This document shows positions 36,356-48,825 of a stretch of DNA of 64,000 bases, piece after piece. Source of the stretch: Anaerolineales bacterium (GTDB lineage Bacteria > Chloroflexota > Anaerolineae > Anaerolineales > UBA4823); assembly GCA_016929095.1 (NCBI GenBank), contig JAFGJM010000033.1, positions 114,482-178,481 on the forward strand. Direction: 5' to 3'. Position numbers and translations under genes: made by a program. Within the stretch, counting starts at the first letter, position 1; each line of letters starts with the position of its first letter. Below the pieces are notes generated by a model. That model worked only from the letters and a program-made list of their open reading frames with translations, was not told where the DNA came from and searched no databases.

Positions 36356-39300
36356 TTGAAAATTGATTTTTGGAAAAAGCATCTCTCGAGCTGGCTTCCA
36401 AGGGTGATGCTTTTAAGTTTTATGTTTCTGTTAATGGCTTTTCCCTTCGTGAGCGCCAGCAGTAATGATGAAAATGATGGCAAACCGATAATCGAACCGG
36501 AGCTGGTGAAACAGATCAACCGCGATTCCAGAGTGGGTTATATGATCTTTTTTGAGGAGAGTCCCGATCTTTCTGCGGCGTATGGGATGGATTGGGAAGA
36601 GCGGGGTGAATATGTGTATGAGACACTGCAAACGGCAGTGGACAAATCTCAAAAAGAAGTGCGGGATTACCTGGATAAAAATGGGGTGGATTATCAATCG
36701 TTCTGGATTGACAATATTATTGTCGTAGATGAATCCAGCAGGACAGTTTTCAATGGATTAATGGAATTCTCGGAGATCGAAGCGCTGCGCGCCCGCCGTA
36801 TTATGGGCTTGATCGAACCTGAGAGAGTGTCTGACACCAATGAAATACTGGACGTTGAAGCGAATATTTCTCATGTTGGCGCACCGGATGTGTGGGATTT
36901 AGGATACACCGGTGAGGGGATTGTGGTTGCCAATATCGATACCGGAGTGCGCTATACCCATGAGGCTTTGCTTCCTCATTACCGCGGTTTCCTGGGCGGC
37001 GGCACTTATGACCATGATTACAACTGGTGGGATCCTACCGGTGTGTATACGACTGCTCCGGGCGATAATAACGGGCACGGCTCACACACCATGGGCATCA
37101 TGATCGGGGATGATAATAGCAGTAATCAGATCGGCATGGCGCCAGGTGCCGAATGGATGGCATGTAAAGGATGCACATCCACTTCGTGTCCTGATGCATA
37201 TTTACTCGAATGTGCCCAATTTATTACCGCGCCAACGGATTTAGACGGCGCAAACCCTGATTCTTCAAAACGACCCAATATTGTGAATAATTCGTGGGGA
37301 GATTGTGGTACTACGGTTGACTATTGGTATCAGGATGTGGTGAATGCCTGGCAAGCAGCGGGGATATACCCGGTTTTCTCCAATGGGAACGCCGGTAATT
37401 GCGGTTACGATGTACCCCCAGGGCTGGACACGGTGGGCAATCCGGCGCGCTATGGTAATGTGACCAGTGTTGGTTCCAGCGGCAAAAGCGACGGCGCTTA
37501 TGCCACTCATTCCAATTGGGGCCCAACAGACGACCCGGATACGATCAATCCAAGAGGTTACCCTTACTTGAAACCGCAAGTGATCGCACCGGGTGTCAGT
37601 ATTCGCTCAGCGTATCGTTACTCCGATACGTCCTATGCCGGCATGACCGGTACCTCAATGTCTGCGCCACATGTTGCGGGGTTGATTGCATTAATGTGGG
37701 ATGCCGCACCGTGTTTGATCGGCGATTATGCCAACACCGAAACCATCATTGAACAAACCGCTACCGCCATTCCTTATGCTACCGGAGGCACACCGCCACC
37801 CGGACCGGGGAATGTACCTAATTACGCCACAGGTTGGGGCGAGATCGATGCATTGGCTGCCACTCAACTGGCAGAATCGTATTGCGGCACATTAACCGGA
37901 ACGGTGACCGAAAGCGGCGGCAGTCAGACGATCGATGATGCGTTAATCAGCGCAGCAGGTGTTTACAAATATTCCACTAATACTGCTCTCACTGGAATTT
38001 ATTCTTTATCTGTGATTACCGGTGTATATACCGTGACAACCTCTCACTACGGTTATTATCCGGAAGTTATCACCAACGTAATCATAGAGGGTGATGTCTC
38101 CCAGGATATTTCTTTGGATCCAGCCCCGCCTGTAATCATTTCCGGAACGGTGACGGATGACACTTCGGACTGGCCAGTTTATGCCAAACTCACGATCGAT
38201 GATTATCCGGGTGAACCAATATGGACAAATCCCACGACTGGTTGGTATTCTGTGGAATTGCCCTTAGGATCGGATTACACCTTCACCGTCAATGATTTTT
38301 GGGAAAGCTACAATATCGAGGAAACCAGCACCGGTGTTTTGGCTGGAGAAATGACGCTTGATTTTACTTTGGGTATCAGTGATTCTATCTGCACCGCGCC
38401 CGGTTACCATAAATCAATTGCGCTAGATGAGAGTTTCGACAACGGCGTAGTTCCTACAGGCTGGACGGTGGTCGATAACGCCGGCACGGGGGCAATATGG
38501 ACATTCGACGATCCGGATTCAAACAGTAACCTGACTGGTGGAACTGGCTTATTCGCTGACGCCAACAGCGATACAGCAGGTTCTATCGATATGGATACTG
38601 AGTTACGGACGCCAATTCTCAATTTCACGGGTTATTCGGACCTGTCGTTGAATTTTAACTATGATTGGTACGTGTATCCAAGCGGGGGTAGCGAAATCGC
38701 CGATGTGGATATCAGCCTGAATGGCAGCAGCGGTCCATGGACGAATTTGTGGCGAAGAACTTACGCTGCCAACGACCGGGGTCCCAAAACCGCTGACATC
38801 GATCTGTCCGCGTACAGCGGTCAGAGCAATGTCATGTTACGGTTTCATTATTACAATGCATATTTCGACTGGTGGTGGCAAATCGATGATGTCCAGATAT
38901 CCAATCCATGTGAACGGTTAATGGGTGGTTTGGTAGCTGGTCATGTATATGATGGCGATCTATCCACACCATTAAATGGTGCCCAGATATCGAACGAGGA
39001 TCAAATTACAACCGCCAGTGTGTCCACACCGGAGGATGACAATGTTGAGGACGGTTTCTACACGATTGCCTCATTGGATGGCACGCATACTTTAACCACC
39101 ACCATGACAGGTTACCAACCAGATATTGACTTGATCAGTGTTATTCTTTCTGATACGGTAGCACATGATTTCACGCTTTATACACCCCTGACTGCCGAAT
39201 TTTCTGCCTCTCCCACCTCCGGAGAGCCGCCGCTTACCGTCACCTTCACCGATGCCTCTGACGGATCAATTTCCTCCTGGTTGTGGGATTTTGGGGATGG

Positions 39301-39958
39301 TATCACCAGCACGCTTCAAAATCCGTATCATGTTTTTTCCGATGTTGGGTTTTATACAGTCACCCTCGACATTAGCGGTCCAGGGGGTAGTGATCAAGAG
39401 GAAAAACCGGATTATATTACAGCGGCATATGCTCCGGTAGCTGGATTTAGTGCTTCGCCCACCATGGGAATAGCCCCCATGACAGTCACGTTTACCGATA
39501 CTTCCACGGGGACCATCACTTCCTGGTTATGGGATTTCGGGGATAACATCACCAGCACGTTACAAAATCCAAGCCATTTGTACACCTTGGATGATATTTA
39601 TTCGGTATCTTTGCTGGTTACGGGTCCGGGCGGGAACGACCTGGAAGAGAAGACAGACTATATTACGGTCTACATGACTCCCACGGCTGATTTTTCCGCC
39701 TCGCCAACCTTTGGTATCGCACCGATGACGGTTTCATTTACCGATACCTCCACGGGGAGCGTTGCCTCCTGGTTGTGGGATTTTGGCGATGGCATTACCA
39801 GCACACTGCAAAATCCAAATCATGATTTTCTTCTCAGGGGACTCTACACGATCACACTCGATGTGTTTGGACCTGCCGGAAGTGATCGGGAAATCAAAGC
39901 GAACTACATTAAAACGTGCTGTTCGGTCTATATCCCCTTTTTAATTATGCATGAATAA
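36356..39958 (+). CDS. Secreted S8 subtilisin-like protease (bacillopeptidase F-like) with carboxypeptidase-regulatory-like and three PKD domains
   Basis: Signal peptide; IDTG, HGSHTMG, GTSMSAPHVAG; three 'WLWDFGD' repeats. Confidence 0.92.
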   Translation: MKIDFWKKHLSSWLPRVMLLSFMFLLMAFPFVSASSNDENDGKPIIEPELVKQINRDSRVGYMIFFEESPDLSAAYGMDWEERGEYVYETLQTAVDKSQKEVRDYLDKNGVDYQSFWIDNIIVVDESSRTVFNGLMEFSEIEALRARRIMGLIEPERVSDTNEILDVEANISHVGAPDVWDLGYTGEGIVVANIDTGVRYTHEALLPHYRGFLGGGTYDHDYNWWDPTGVYTTAPGDNNGHGSHTMGIMIGDDNSSNQIGMAPGAEWMACKGCTSTSCPDAYLLECAQFITAPTDLDGANPDSSKRPNIVNNSWGDCGTTVDYWYQDVVNAWQAAGIYPVFSNGNAGNCGYDVPPGLDTVGNPARYGNVTSVGSSGKSDGAYATHSNWGPTDDPDTINPRGYPYLKPQVIAPGVSIRSAYRYSDTSYAGMTGTSMSAPHVAGLIALMWDAAPCLIGDYANTETIIEQTATAIPYATGGTPPPGPGNVPNYATGWGEIDALAATQLAESYCGTLTGTVTESGGSQTIDDALISAAGVYKYSTNTALTGIYSLSVITGVYTVTTSHYGYYPEVITNVIIEGDVSQDISLDPAPPVIISGTVTDDTSDWPVYAKLTIDDYPGEPIWTNPTTGWYSVELPLGSDYTFTVNDFWESYNIEETSTGVLAGEMTLDFTLGISDSICTAPGYHKSIALDESFDNGVVPTGWTVVDNAGTGAIWTFDDPDSNSNLTGGTGLFADANSDTAGSIDMDTELRTPILNFTGYSDLSLNFNYDWYVYPSGGSEIADVDISLNGSSGPWTNLWRRTYAANDRGPKTADIDLSAYSGQSNVMLRFHYYNAYFDWWWQIDDVQISNPCERLMGGLVAGHVYDGDLSTPLNGAQISNEDQITTASVSTPEDDNVEDGFYTIASLDGTHTLTTTMTGYQPDIDLISVILSDTVAHDFTLYTPLTAEFSASPTSGEPPLTVTFTDASDGSISSWLWDFGDGITSTLQNPYHVFSDVGFYTVTLDISGPGGSDQEEKPDYITAAYAPVAGFSASPTMGIAPMTVTFTDTSTGTITSWLWDFGDNITSTLQNPSHLYTLDDIYSVSLLVTGPGGNDLEEKTDYITVYMTPTADFSASPTFGIAPMTVSFTDTSTGSVASWLWDFGDGITSTLQNPNHDFLLRGLYTITLDVFGPAGSDREIKANYIKTCCSVYIPFLIMHE
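39187..39915 (+). repeat. Three tandem PKD-domain coding repeats
   Basis: Repeated TCCTGGTT(G/A)TGGGATTT..CACCAGCAC..CAAAATCC at about 246-bp spacing. Confidence 0.8.
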
Positions 39959-39974
39959 TTTAAAGAAAAAACCA

Positions 39975-40121
39975 TCTAACAGTTTTAGTGAACTGTGATT
40001 GCGAGTGAGGAACGAGCGCAGCAATCTTGATATCAACAGGAAATTTTCATATGGTGGAAGATTTCTTCCCTATTGGGATGCTGCGCGATCGTCGCCCTGG
40101 TGAATTACTCGCCACAACAAG
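39975..40121. repeat. REP/MITE-like palindromic element, copy 1
   Basis: TGTGATTGCGAG..GCAATCTTGATATC..AGATTTCTTCC..GCGATCGTCGCCCTGG..CTCGC; similar to 45095-45240. Confidence 0.75.
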
Positions 40122-40373
40122 TAACCATTCGGGCAATTAAGTTTAAATCACAAATCTTTTCATGGCATGATTATTATTAAACATAGAGAAAAAATTTTGT
40201 TAATGCAATTTATCGATTGAGATATAATTGGTGAGTGTTGACCGTGGTGGGAAATCAAAAATATCCAAATTGACTTGAAAAACTTAGATTTTTGACGGCT
40301 AATGTATATTCGAACGCATCTTGAATGAAAGCGATGTAATTCTTGGTGAGAACGTTGAAGAAAGGATACGTAT

Positions 40374-42212
40374 ATGCTTGATCAAATCAAGCGGGTGTTG
40401 ATCGGTCCACCCTTAGCTACTTCTCAGCAAGCTGAAAAACGATTGAATAAGATACAGGCTCTGGCAGCTTTTTCACCAGATGCACTCTCATCGATTGCCT
40501 ATGCAAACCAGGAAATATACCTGGGATTAATGGTTGCCGGCGCGGCAGGATTATCGAATGCCTGGCCAATTGGAATTACGATCACCATTGTATTAATCAC
40601 GGTTGCTTTTTCCTATTTTCAAACCATCCATGGGTATCCGGGTGGGGGAGGCTCATATGTTGTAGCACGAGAAAACCTGGGTACGGTTCCCGGTCTGGTC
40701 GCCGCAGCGGCTTTAATGGTCGATTATATGCTGAACGCCGCGGTTAGCCTCACTGCGGGCGTAGCCGCGCTGGCTTCGGCTTTTCCGGTGCTTTGGCAGT
40801 ATCGTGTCGAGGCTTCTCTTATATTACTTTTGGTGATCACCATCATAAACCTTCGAGGGTTACAAGAAACCGGAACAGTCATGTCGATACCGGTATATTT
40901 ATTCTTGGGAACATATTTTCCGCTATTGATATATGGAGCTTTTCGTTTATGGCAAGGCGGAGTGGGGAATTTGGAAACAGCGATTCCGGTTGCTAGCCAA
41001 CCTTTAACCATGTTCCTGGTGTTACGGACATTCGCTTCAGGATGCACGGCATTAACCGGCATCGAAGCTATCAGTAACGGGGTGCCGGTATTTAAACCAC
41101 CTGAGGCGCGCAACGCAGGACGCACGTTAATCGTCATGGCAGTATTGATGAGCTTGTTGTTCCTTGGCAGCAATGGTTTGATCCAGGCATTAGGTGTAGT
41201 GGCGGTTTCCGGTGAAACGATACTATCAGCATTGGCGCGGAAATTATTAGGCAGCGGAACACTTTATCTATTGATTCAGACTTCGACTTTGCTCATCTTA
41301 ACCGTCGCAGCTAATACCAGCTTTGCGGGTTTCCCACGCATTACCGCTTTACTAGCCAAAGATGGTTTCTTGCCACGCCAACTTACTGGCTTGGGAGACA
41401 GGCTTGTTTTTGTTAATGGCATTATTTTATTAGCATTCGCTACCGGAGTTTTAATTGTGGCATTTGGGGGAGATTCACATGCACTGATACCATTATTTGC
41501 GGTCAGCGCTTTTATGGCATTCACCATTTCACAATTCGGAATGGTTGTGCATTGGTGGAGAGAGAGAGGAAGTAATTGGATATTAAAAATAACAGCTAAT
41601 ATATTGGGAGGAATTGTTACTGTTACTGTTTTATTGGTAATTGGAGTGAGCCAGTTCCTTCACGGCGCCTGGATATCGATCCTGGTGATCCCGGCATTGG
41701 TTTATGGTTTTTTCCAAATCCGCGCTCATTATCGAGATGTATCGAAACAGCTCAGCCTGCGCGGTTTACCGCCGGAATTAAAACCTTTTCCACCTATGCG
41801 GTGTGTTATTCCTATTTCCGGTGTTCACCGGGGAATGGTGGATGCTATCCGCTTTGCGCAATCGATCAGCAAGGATGTGACTGTAGTCTATGTCAATTTG
41901 GAACCCGGTAAAGAAGTGAGCATATCTAAAGATTGGAAAAACTGGTGGCCTGATATTCCTCTGGTGATCCTTGCCTCACCATATCGCTCGATCGTCACCC
42001 CATTACTTGAATACCTGGATGAAACCGACCGGCAATGGAATGACGGACGGCAGGCAGTGGTGATATTGCCCGAATTTGTGCCGGCGAAATGGTGGCATAC
42101 GCTGCTCCATAACCAGACTTCTTTTGTATTAAAAACCGAACTTCTTTATCATCGCCGCCAATTTGGCTACCAGCGAGTGATCATCGATGTACCATTCCAT
42201 TTGCGTAAGTAA
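40374..42212 (+). CDS. kimA: KimA/YdaO-like APC-family potassium transporter
   Basis: 'FSPDALSSIAYA..EI', 'YPGGGGSY', 'GCTALTGIEAISNG', 'SPYRS', 'LHNQT'. Confidence 0.8.
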   Translation: MLDQIKRVLIGPPLATSQQAEKRLNKIQALAAFSPDALSSIAYANQEIYLGLMVAGAAGLSNAWPIGITITIVLITVAFSYFQTIHGYPGGGGSYVVARENLGTVPGLVAAAALMVDYMLNAAVSLTAGVAALASAFPVLWQYRVEASLILLLVITIINLRGLQETGTVMSIPVYLFLGTYFPLLIYGAFRLWQGGVGNLETAIPVASQPLTMFLVLRTFASGCTALTGIEAISNGVPVFKPPEARNAGRTLIVMAVLMSLLFLGSNGLIQALGVVAVSGETILSALARKLLGSGTLYLLIQTSTLLILTVAANTSFAGFPRITALLAKDGFLPRQLTGLGDRLVFVNGIILLAFATGVLIVAFGGDSHALIPLFAVSAFMAFTISQFGMVVHWWRERGSNWILKITANILGGIVTVTVLLVIGVSQFLHGAWISILVIPALVYGFFQIRAHYRDVSKQLSLRGLPPELKPFPPMRCVIPISGVHRGMVDAIRFAQSISKDVTVVYVNLEPGKEVSISKDWKNWWPDIPLVILASPYRSIVTPLLEYLDETDRQWNDGRQAVVILPEFVPAKWWHTLLHNQTSFVLKTELLYHRRQFGYQRVIIDVPFHLRK

Positions 42213-42265
42213 ATTTCTAAGGGATAAAACTCATAAGAATTCCCCCAATCATTTGTGTTGATAGA

Positions 42266-43726
42266 TCACTTCACTGGATTATTTACCCTCTGAAAGGGTA
42301 AATATGAGTAAAATGGCATATATCCTTCCATCGCCCAACGCATGACCTGATAAATATGCGTATTATCTAAATAACGCCCTCTCTCCGGATCACCCATTGT
42401 GTTGAAGATATTGAAATAAGCGGCGCCAAAACCTTTCGCATAGAGCGGCACTAAACTATTGGTGTGTCCGGTCGTATTCCATGCCCAGTATACATTTTCA
42501 CCGTCATCGATAAGGTCATTCAGGTTTGCGTCATCCCAACTGGCGCGCAAACCGGTTCCGGAAATCGTTTTCTCCAGGGCAAGTGTGGCATTGGTAACGT
42601 GAGTGGGAGGCTGGTTGGGGAATTGGTTATAAAATGTATTCAAATAACCGGTTTCATGATCTGCAGTGACGATCACCAAGGTGTTTTGCCAGGTACTCTC
42701 ATTGGTTGGGTCATCCACCCAATCGATCACGGTTTGAACAGCGTTGTTAAAATCAATGGCTTCACCGATCATTAAATCCATATTATCAGCGTGACATGCC
42801 CAATCGATAGCGCCGCCTTCCACCATTAATACAAATCCCTCCGGGTTACGACTCAACACTTTTAATGCGGCGCTGGTCATTTGTGGCAGGGTTGGATTCT
42901 CAGGGTCATAGCCAGACATATCCGCGTGGAGATAATCAATATTTCCTCCAGCGCCGCCAAACAATCCTGCCAAACGGGTAACCTCGGGATTATTGGCAAG
43001 ATCCGCCAGACGAATACCTGCATCAGCCAGACCTGTTTGGCGCTCAATAAAATGGTATGAACCGGGATTACCACTTTCATTGTAGAGTTTTTCCCTTATC
43101 GCCCAATTTACAAAATTGGCGCCTTTCCATTGGGGGTGACCGGCGCCTATAAGAACGTCTGCCGGCTGGTGAATCGGACAGATCCCTCCTTCATAGTAGG
43201 TCAGTGTGGAGGTCATCGTGGTAGTTGGGTTGCCCCATAAAGATTCTGCAGCAATGGCAAAACCATTATTCCGGTTCTCGTTGTGCGCCAGCCAGGCTCC
43301 TGGCGTAGCATGAGAAATATAAACAGAACTAACCGCGCCTGTAGCTTTACTCTGTAAACGGGCTTCATCGGATATATTTGTGAGGCAGTCTCCTTCAAAC
43401 GAGACATTCACCCCGGCATTATAAGTTTTAACACCGCTATATATAGCCGTGGCTGCAGCCGCGCTATCGGTAGGATTTTGTTTTATATAATCGAAATCAC
43501 TCCAGGTAGATGCTGGATCATAGCTTCCCCCGTAAGAGAAAGTGGATACCCAATAGCGCGGCCAGTTTTGGTATGGCGGGACAGACCCGGTATAAGCATT
43601 TACTGCTTGCTGGTGGTTATACCCGTAGCCGTCGCCAATCAAAAGGATGATATATTTCGCCTCATGCTGGTGTGGGAAGTAAGTTAATGACGAAAGCAAT
43701 AAGAAAACCGATAAAAATAATCTCAT
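42266..43726 (-). CDS. Alkaline phosphatase
   Basis: IGDG, TDSAAAAT (catalytic Ser), HATP, EGGAIDWACH, TADHETG, TGH. Confidence 0.9.
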   Translation of the reverse strand: MRLFLSVFLLLSSLTYFPHQHEAKYIILLIGDGYGYNHQQAVNAYTGSVPPYQNWPRYWVSTFSYGGSYDPASTWSDFDYIKQNPTDSAAAATAIYSGVKTYNAGVNVSFEGDCLTNISDEARLQSKATGAVSSVYISHATPGAWLAHNENRNNGFAIAAESLWGNPTTTMTSTLTYYEGGICPIHQPADVLIGAGHPQWKGANFVNWAIREKLYNESGNPGSYHFIERQTGLADAGIRLADLANNPEVTRLAGLFGGAGGNIDYLHADMSGYDPENPTLPQMTSAALKVLSRNPEGFVLMVEGGAIDWACHADNMDLMIGEAIDFNNAVQTVIDWVDDPTNESTWQNTLVIVTADHETGYLNTFYNQFPNQPPTHVTNATLALEKTISGTGLRASWDDANLNDLIDDGENVYWAWNTTGHTNSLVPLYAKGFGAAYFNIFNTMGDPERGRYLDNTHIYQVMRWAMEGYMPFYSYLPFQRVNNPVK

Positions 43727-43899
43727 CTTGGCATTTTAAAAAGAAATGTGGTGAATATTACAATTAAATTCAACGATAAACTAGAAGAAACGTTACACTA
43801 ACAAGATCATCACTTATTAATACAAAGTTTATATTTAATGATTGTCTTGATTGTATAATAGAGCCATTAAATAAGACGTAAATTATCAGGATAAAAAAC

Positions 43900-45078
43900 A
43901 TGAAAAGAATATTAAATCAAAGCACACCGGTTCTCATTGGATTAGCAATTTTTGTCATCTTTACTTCAGTGGCATGCGGGTTGTCGATCCCGAAGACCGA
44001 AGGTATGGGTGAAGCGCCAACTATTTCACACACACAAGTAATACCAACGCCAGCAGTTATATCCTTGCCTGAAGCGGTCACAGATGAACAAGGCGTATTG
44101 ATCAGCTTATATGCCCTGGTAAACCCTTCTGTGGTTAACATCACGATTTATGGGTCACAAGGCGGGCAGGTTACCGCAATTTCCCAGGGATCGGGATTTG
44201 TTTACGATGGAGATGGGCATATCATCACCAATGCCCACGTGGTTGAAGGCGCCGATCAGGTAGATGTAACATTTTCTGAAGGCACCACACGGCTCGCAAA
44301 AGTAGTCGGGACAGATCTTCATGCCGATCTGGCGGTAATTAGGATCGACGATATGCCGCCGGGAATAGCGCCTTTACCGTTGGGTGATATCAATGACGTG
44401 TTAGTCGGTCAAACAGTGGTTGCCATTGGTAATCCTTTCGGATTGCAAGGCACCCTGACCAAGGGGATCGTCAGCGCCCTGGGACGCAACATCCCGGCTT
44501 TAACAGCATTTTCCATTCCACAATCCATCCAAACCGATGCTGCGATCAATCCGGGTAATTCAGGCGGCCCATTATTAGATTTACAAGGCAAAGTGGTGGG
44601 AGTAAATGCTCAGATCGAAACATCGAGCCTTTACCAAACGAATAGCGGGGTAGGTTTTGCCATTCCGGTCAGCATCGTGAAGCTGGTAGTTCCCGATTTG
44701 ATCGAAAAGGGGGAACATGAATGGGCGTGGTTGGGCGTACGCGGTTCCAATCTGTCGGCAACGGTTGTGCAAGCCATGAATTTGACGATCGATAAAGGCG
44801 CTTATATTGCGGAAATCACTGAGGGGGGTCCGGCAGAAAAAGCAGACATGCGCGGCGCCAGCGGCATAAAAACTGTGGATGGACGCGCGGTGGATGTCGG
44901 CGGCGATATCGTTACCGCAATTAATGGGAGTCCCGTTCATTCATTCGATGATCTGCTGATCTATATTGCCATGGAAACCAGACCGGGTGATGAAGTCATA
45001 TTAGAGATTATGCGAGATGGAAAGTTGATAGAAGTCAGAGTGACCTTGGAAAAGCGACCAGGTTATTTAAGTGAATAA
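43900..45078 (+). CDS. HtrA/DegP-like serine protease with PDZ, lipoprotein
   Basis: VACG lipobox; TNAHV, DLAV, GNSGGPL; PDZ domain. Confidence 0.92.
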   Translation: MKRILNQSTPVLIGLAIFVIFTSVACGLSIPKTEGMGEAPTISHTQVIPTPAVISLPEAVTDEQGVLISLYALVNPSVVNITIYGSQGGQVTAISQGSGFVYDGDGHIITNAHVVEGADQVDVTFSEGTTRLAKVVGTDLHADLAVIRIDDMPPGIAPLPLGDINDVLVGQTVVAIGNPFGLQGTLTKGIVSALGRNIPALTAFSIPQSIQTDAAINPGNSGGPLLDLQGKVVGVNAQIETSSLYQTNSGVGFAIPVSIVKLVVPDLIEKGEHEWAWLGVRGSNLSATVVQAMNLTIDKGAYIAEITEGGPAEKADMRGASGIKTVDGRAVDVGGDIVTAINGSPVHSFDDLLIYIAMETRPGDEVILEIMRDGKLIEVRVTLEKRPGYLSE

Positions 45079-45094
45079 AAAATAAACTAATCAC

Positions 45095-45240
45095 CTGACA
45101 GTTCATGAGAACTGTCAGTGCGAGTGAGGAACAAGCAAAGCAATCTTGATATCAGTAGATGATTTTAATTTTCTGGAAGATTGCTTCCCTAAAGAGTTGC
45201 TATGCGATCGTCGCCCTGGCAAGCCTCTCGCAATGACAAG
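45095..45240. repeat. REP/MITE-like palindromic element, copy 2
   Basis: TGTCAGTGCGAG..AAGCAATCTT..AAGATTGCTT..CTCGCAATGACA, between convergent genes. Confidence 0.78.
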
Positions 45241-45278
45241 CAGCAAACTGTCGGGAGACTAGAAAATTAACAATACCG

Positions 45279-46339
45279 TTAATACCCACGCGCCAAATTT
45301 ATATGATTCAAGAGGGGTTCGCCGGTAAGATATCGCTCTAAATTGGTGATAAACACTTCCAATGCCTGCTCGTTATACCGGCTGGTTGTGCCAGCAATAT
45401 GGGGTGTAATGATGATCTCTGGCATTTCCCACAACGGGTTGTCGGGCAGGAGCGGTTCTGCAGGGAATACATCTAGTGCCGCACCGGCTAAATTTTGATC
45501 TTTAATCGCTGAAATCAACGCCGCGTGGTCAACAATTCCACCACGAGAGATGTCGATAAGAAAAGCGGTTGGTTTACATACTGCAAATTCATTTTCACTT
45601 ATCAGGTTGATTGTTTCGGGAGTTTTTGGAGTGCAGATGACGATAAAATCGCATTCCTTAAGCATCGACTTTATGGCCATACCGGGATAGATACGTTTAA
45701 CCAAATCTGCATTGGGATCTCCCATATTCTCGGGCATATAGCCGGTATCTTCTATATGCATGGCGTCATGTTTGGCAGCTAAGACATTTGCGCCAAAAGG
45801 AATTAATAATTTTGCGATCTGCCGTCCAATACTGCCATATCCGACAATTCCTACCGTGCTGTGGCGTAATTCCAGCGGGCGAAAGCGTTTCCAGCGATCT
45901 TCCGGCCATTCAGTGCGGTTTTGTAAGGCCATAGCCTGGGGCAAGTGATGTCCCAAAGCCAAAAGCATCATGATGACATATTCTGCCGCCTGAGAGGCAG
46001 CCGCGCCACTCAAGGTGGTTGCCATTAATCCAGGCTTATGCAATATGGGGGCATCGATCATGCTGTCAATGCCTGCCCAATGGAATTGGACCCAGCGTAG
46101 ATTTGATGCTTGTTCGGGGGAAGGTAAAACATCACTGGTATATAAAATTTTTGTTTTCCCCCAAATATCTTCAGGGATATCTGTAGTATCGCGGGTAATG
46201 ATTTGGTTTACATGCAAACGGGGAGATGCCTTTTCGATTTGTTTGATTTGCTCGGAATTGAACCCAACAGTAACTAAGACTTCAATAATATCATCCATTC
46301 GTATTTGAATTTCCTTATCTAAGGAGAATTTTTCTCCAT

Positions 46340-46343
<4 letters not shown>
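45279..46343 (-). CDS. D-2-hydroxyacid dehydrogenase
   Basis: GYGSIG, ISRG, LDVF..EP, TPHIAG. Confidence 0.9.
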
Positions 46344-47389
<1,046 letters not shown>

Positions 47390-47610
47390 GTTACTATGCT
47401 TTCCGATAGAATGTTCAAACACATAATCTTACCGATTTTTTTACTGACCAAAACCGGTATTTATATTATCACATATGAATAGCGTCTATATTTATTTGAA
47501 ATTTATGATGCTTATGCTATGATTATCATACAATGCGCTTGAAAATTCAAGTATTGTATAGGTATATAACCTCATAACAATATTTAGTTCTGAATGATCG
47601 GGAGGAACGT

Positions 47611-48825
47611 ATGGCTGGACGAATATTAGTGGTAGATGATGATCCCATGAATGTAAAACTGGTTGAAACAGCTCTGGCAAAAGATGAGTATGAGATTATC
47701 ACTGCTGGTGATGGAAAAACGGCATTAAAGATGGCAGAAGAACACAATCCGGATGTTATTCTCCTGGATGTAATGATGCCGGAAATGGATGGATTTGAAG
47801 TTTGTAGCCGACTTCGGAAAAAACCCGCCACCGCTCACAAACCGATCATGATGCTCACGGCATTAAATACCGTCGAAGAAAGAATCAAGGGATTTGATGC
47901 AGGCGCGGATGATTATCTACCCAAGCCCTTTGCGCCAACAGAATTGCAAGCGCGGGTAAAAGTACTTTTTCGGCGTGCTGCACCAGTTCACGTTGAAAAA
48001 GAGATTAAAGAAGCGAAAATCATCGCGGTTTTTTCTCTAAGGGGCGGTGTTGGGATTTCTTCCTTAGCAGCCAACCTGGCAGCAGGGTTGACCCAATTAT
48101 GGAGTCAGCCATGTGTTCTGGTCGACCTGGCACTTAATGCCGGACAAAGCGCATTAATGTTCAACTTACCTTTTCGCCGCAGTTGGGAAAATCTGGCTGT
48201 AATTCCTCCAGCAGAAATTGATATTCACGTGCTCGACGATGTTTTGTTGCAGCATTCGAGTGATACCCATATTCTGGCATCCTCGCCTCGACCTGAACAA
48301 AATGAATTGATCGATGGTGAAAAAGTTACCAGGGTATTGAGTTTATTATCAAAAGAATATAATTATTTAGTATTGGATTTGCCTCATGATTTTCATGATA
48401 CTACGATCGCCGGCTTAGACCTGGCTCATGAAATCCTACTTGTATTAACTCCCGACCTAGCAAGCGTGCGCTCGACCGTCTGCGCTTTGGATGTTTTTAA
48501 CACGCTTGAATACGATCCGCAGAAAATTAGATTGGTACTCAATTGGACGTTTCAGCGGAATGGTCTACCTCGTAAAGATATTGAAGCGGCGGTCAAGCAT
48601 CCCATCGATTTTGTGATACCCTTTGCTCCAGAACCATTTGTAATGGCCATTAACCTGGGTAAGCCAACCGTGATCGATAATCCTAAAAGTCCCTTAGGGG
48701 CGTTGTATGAGGATTTTGCTTTCATACTAAGCAAAGAAAATAATATGAAAGAAAGACCCCAATTTCCCTCCGATGCCTGGGAAAGAACAGTCTCCCGTTT
48801 GAAGCAGCGTCAACAAAAAGGTTAA
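47611..48825 (+). CDS. Response-regulator receiver fused to a CpaE/TadZ-like MinD ATPase
   Basis: REC 'LVVDDD..LLDVMMP..KPF'; 'FSLRGGVGISS', 'VLDLP'. Confidence 0.85.
   Translation: MAGRILVVDDDPMNVKLVETALAKDEYEIITAGDGKTALKMAEEHNPDVILLDVMMPEMDGFEVCSRLRKKPATAHKPIMMLTALNTVEERIKGFDAGADDYLPKPFAPTELQARVKVLFRRAAPVHVEKEIKEAKIIAVFSLRGGVGISSLAANLAAGLTQLWSQPCVLVDLALNAGQSALMFNLPFRRSWENLAVIPPAEIDIHVLDDVLLQHSSDTHILASSPRPEQNELIDGEKVTRVLSLLSKEYNYLVLDLPHDFHDTTIAGLDLAHEILLVLTPDLASVRSTVCALDVFNTLEYDPQKIRLVLNWTFQRNGLPRKDIEAAVKHPIDFVIPFAPEPFVMAINLGKPTVIDNPKSPLGALYEDFAFILSKENNMKERPQFPSDAWERTVSRLKQRQQKG

Noticed and set aside
39960-40373. c-di-AMP (ydaO) riboswitch upstream of kimA
   Set aside because: The structure present matches the repeat also found at 45095; riboswitch consensus not recognised
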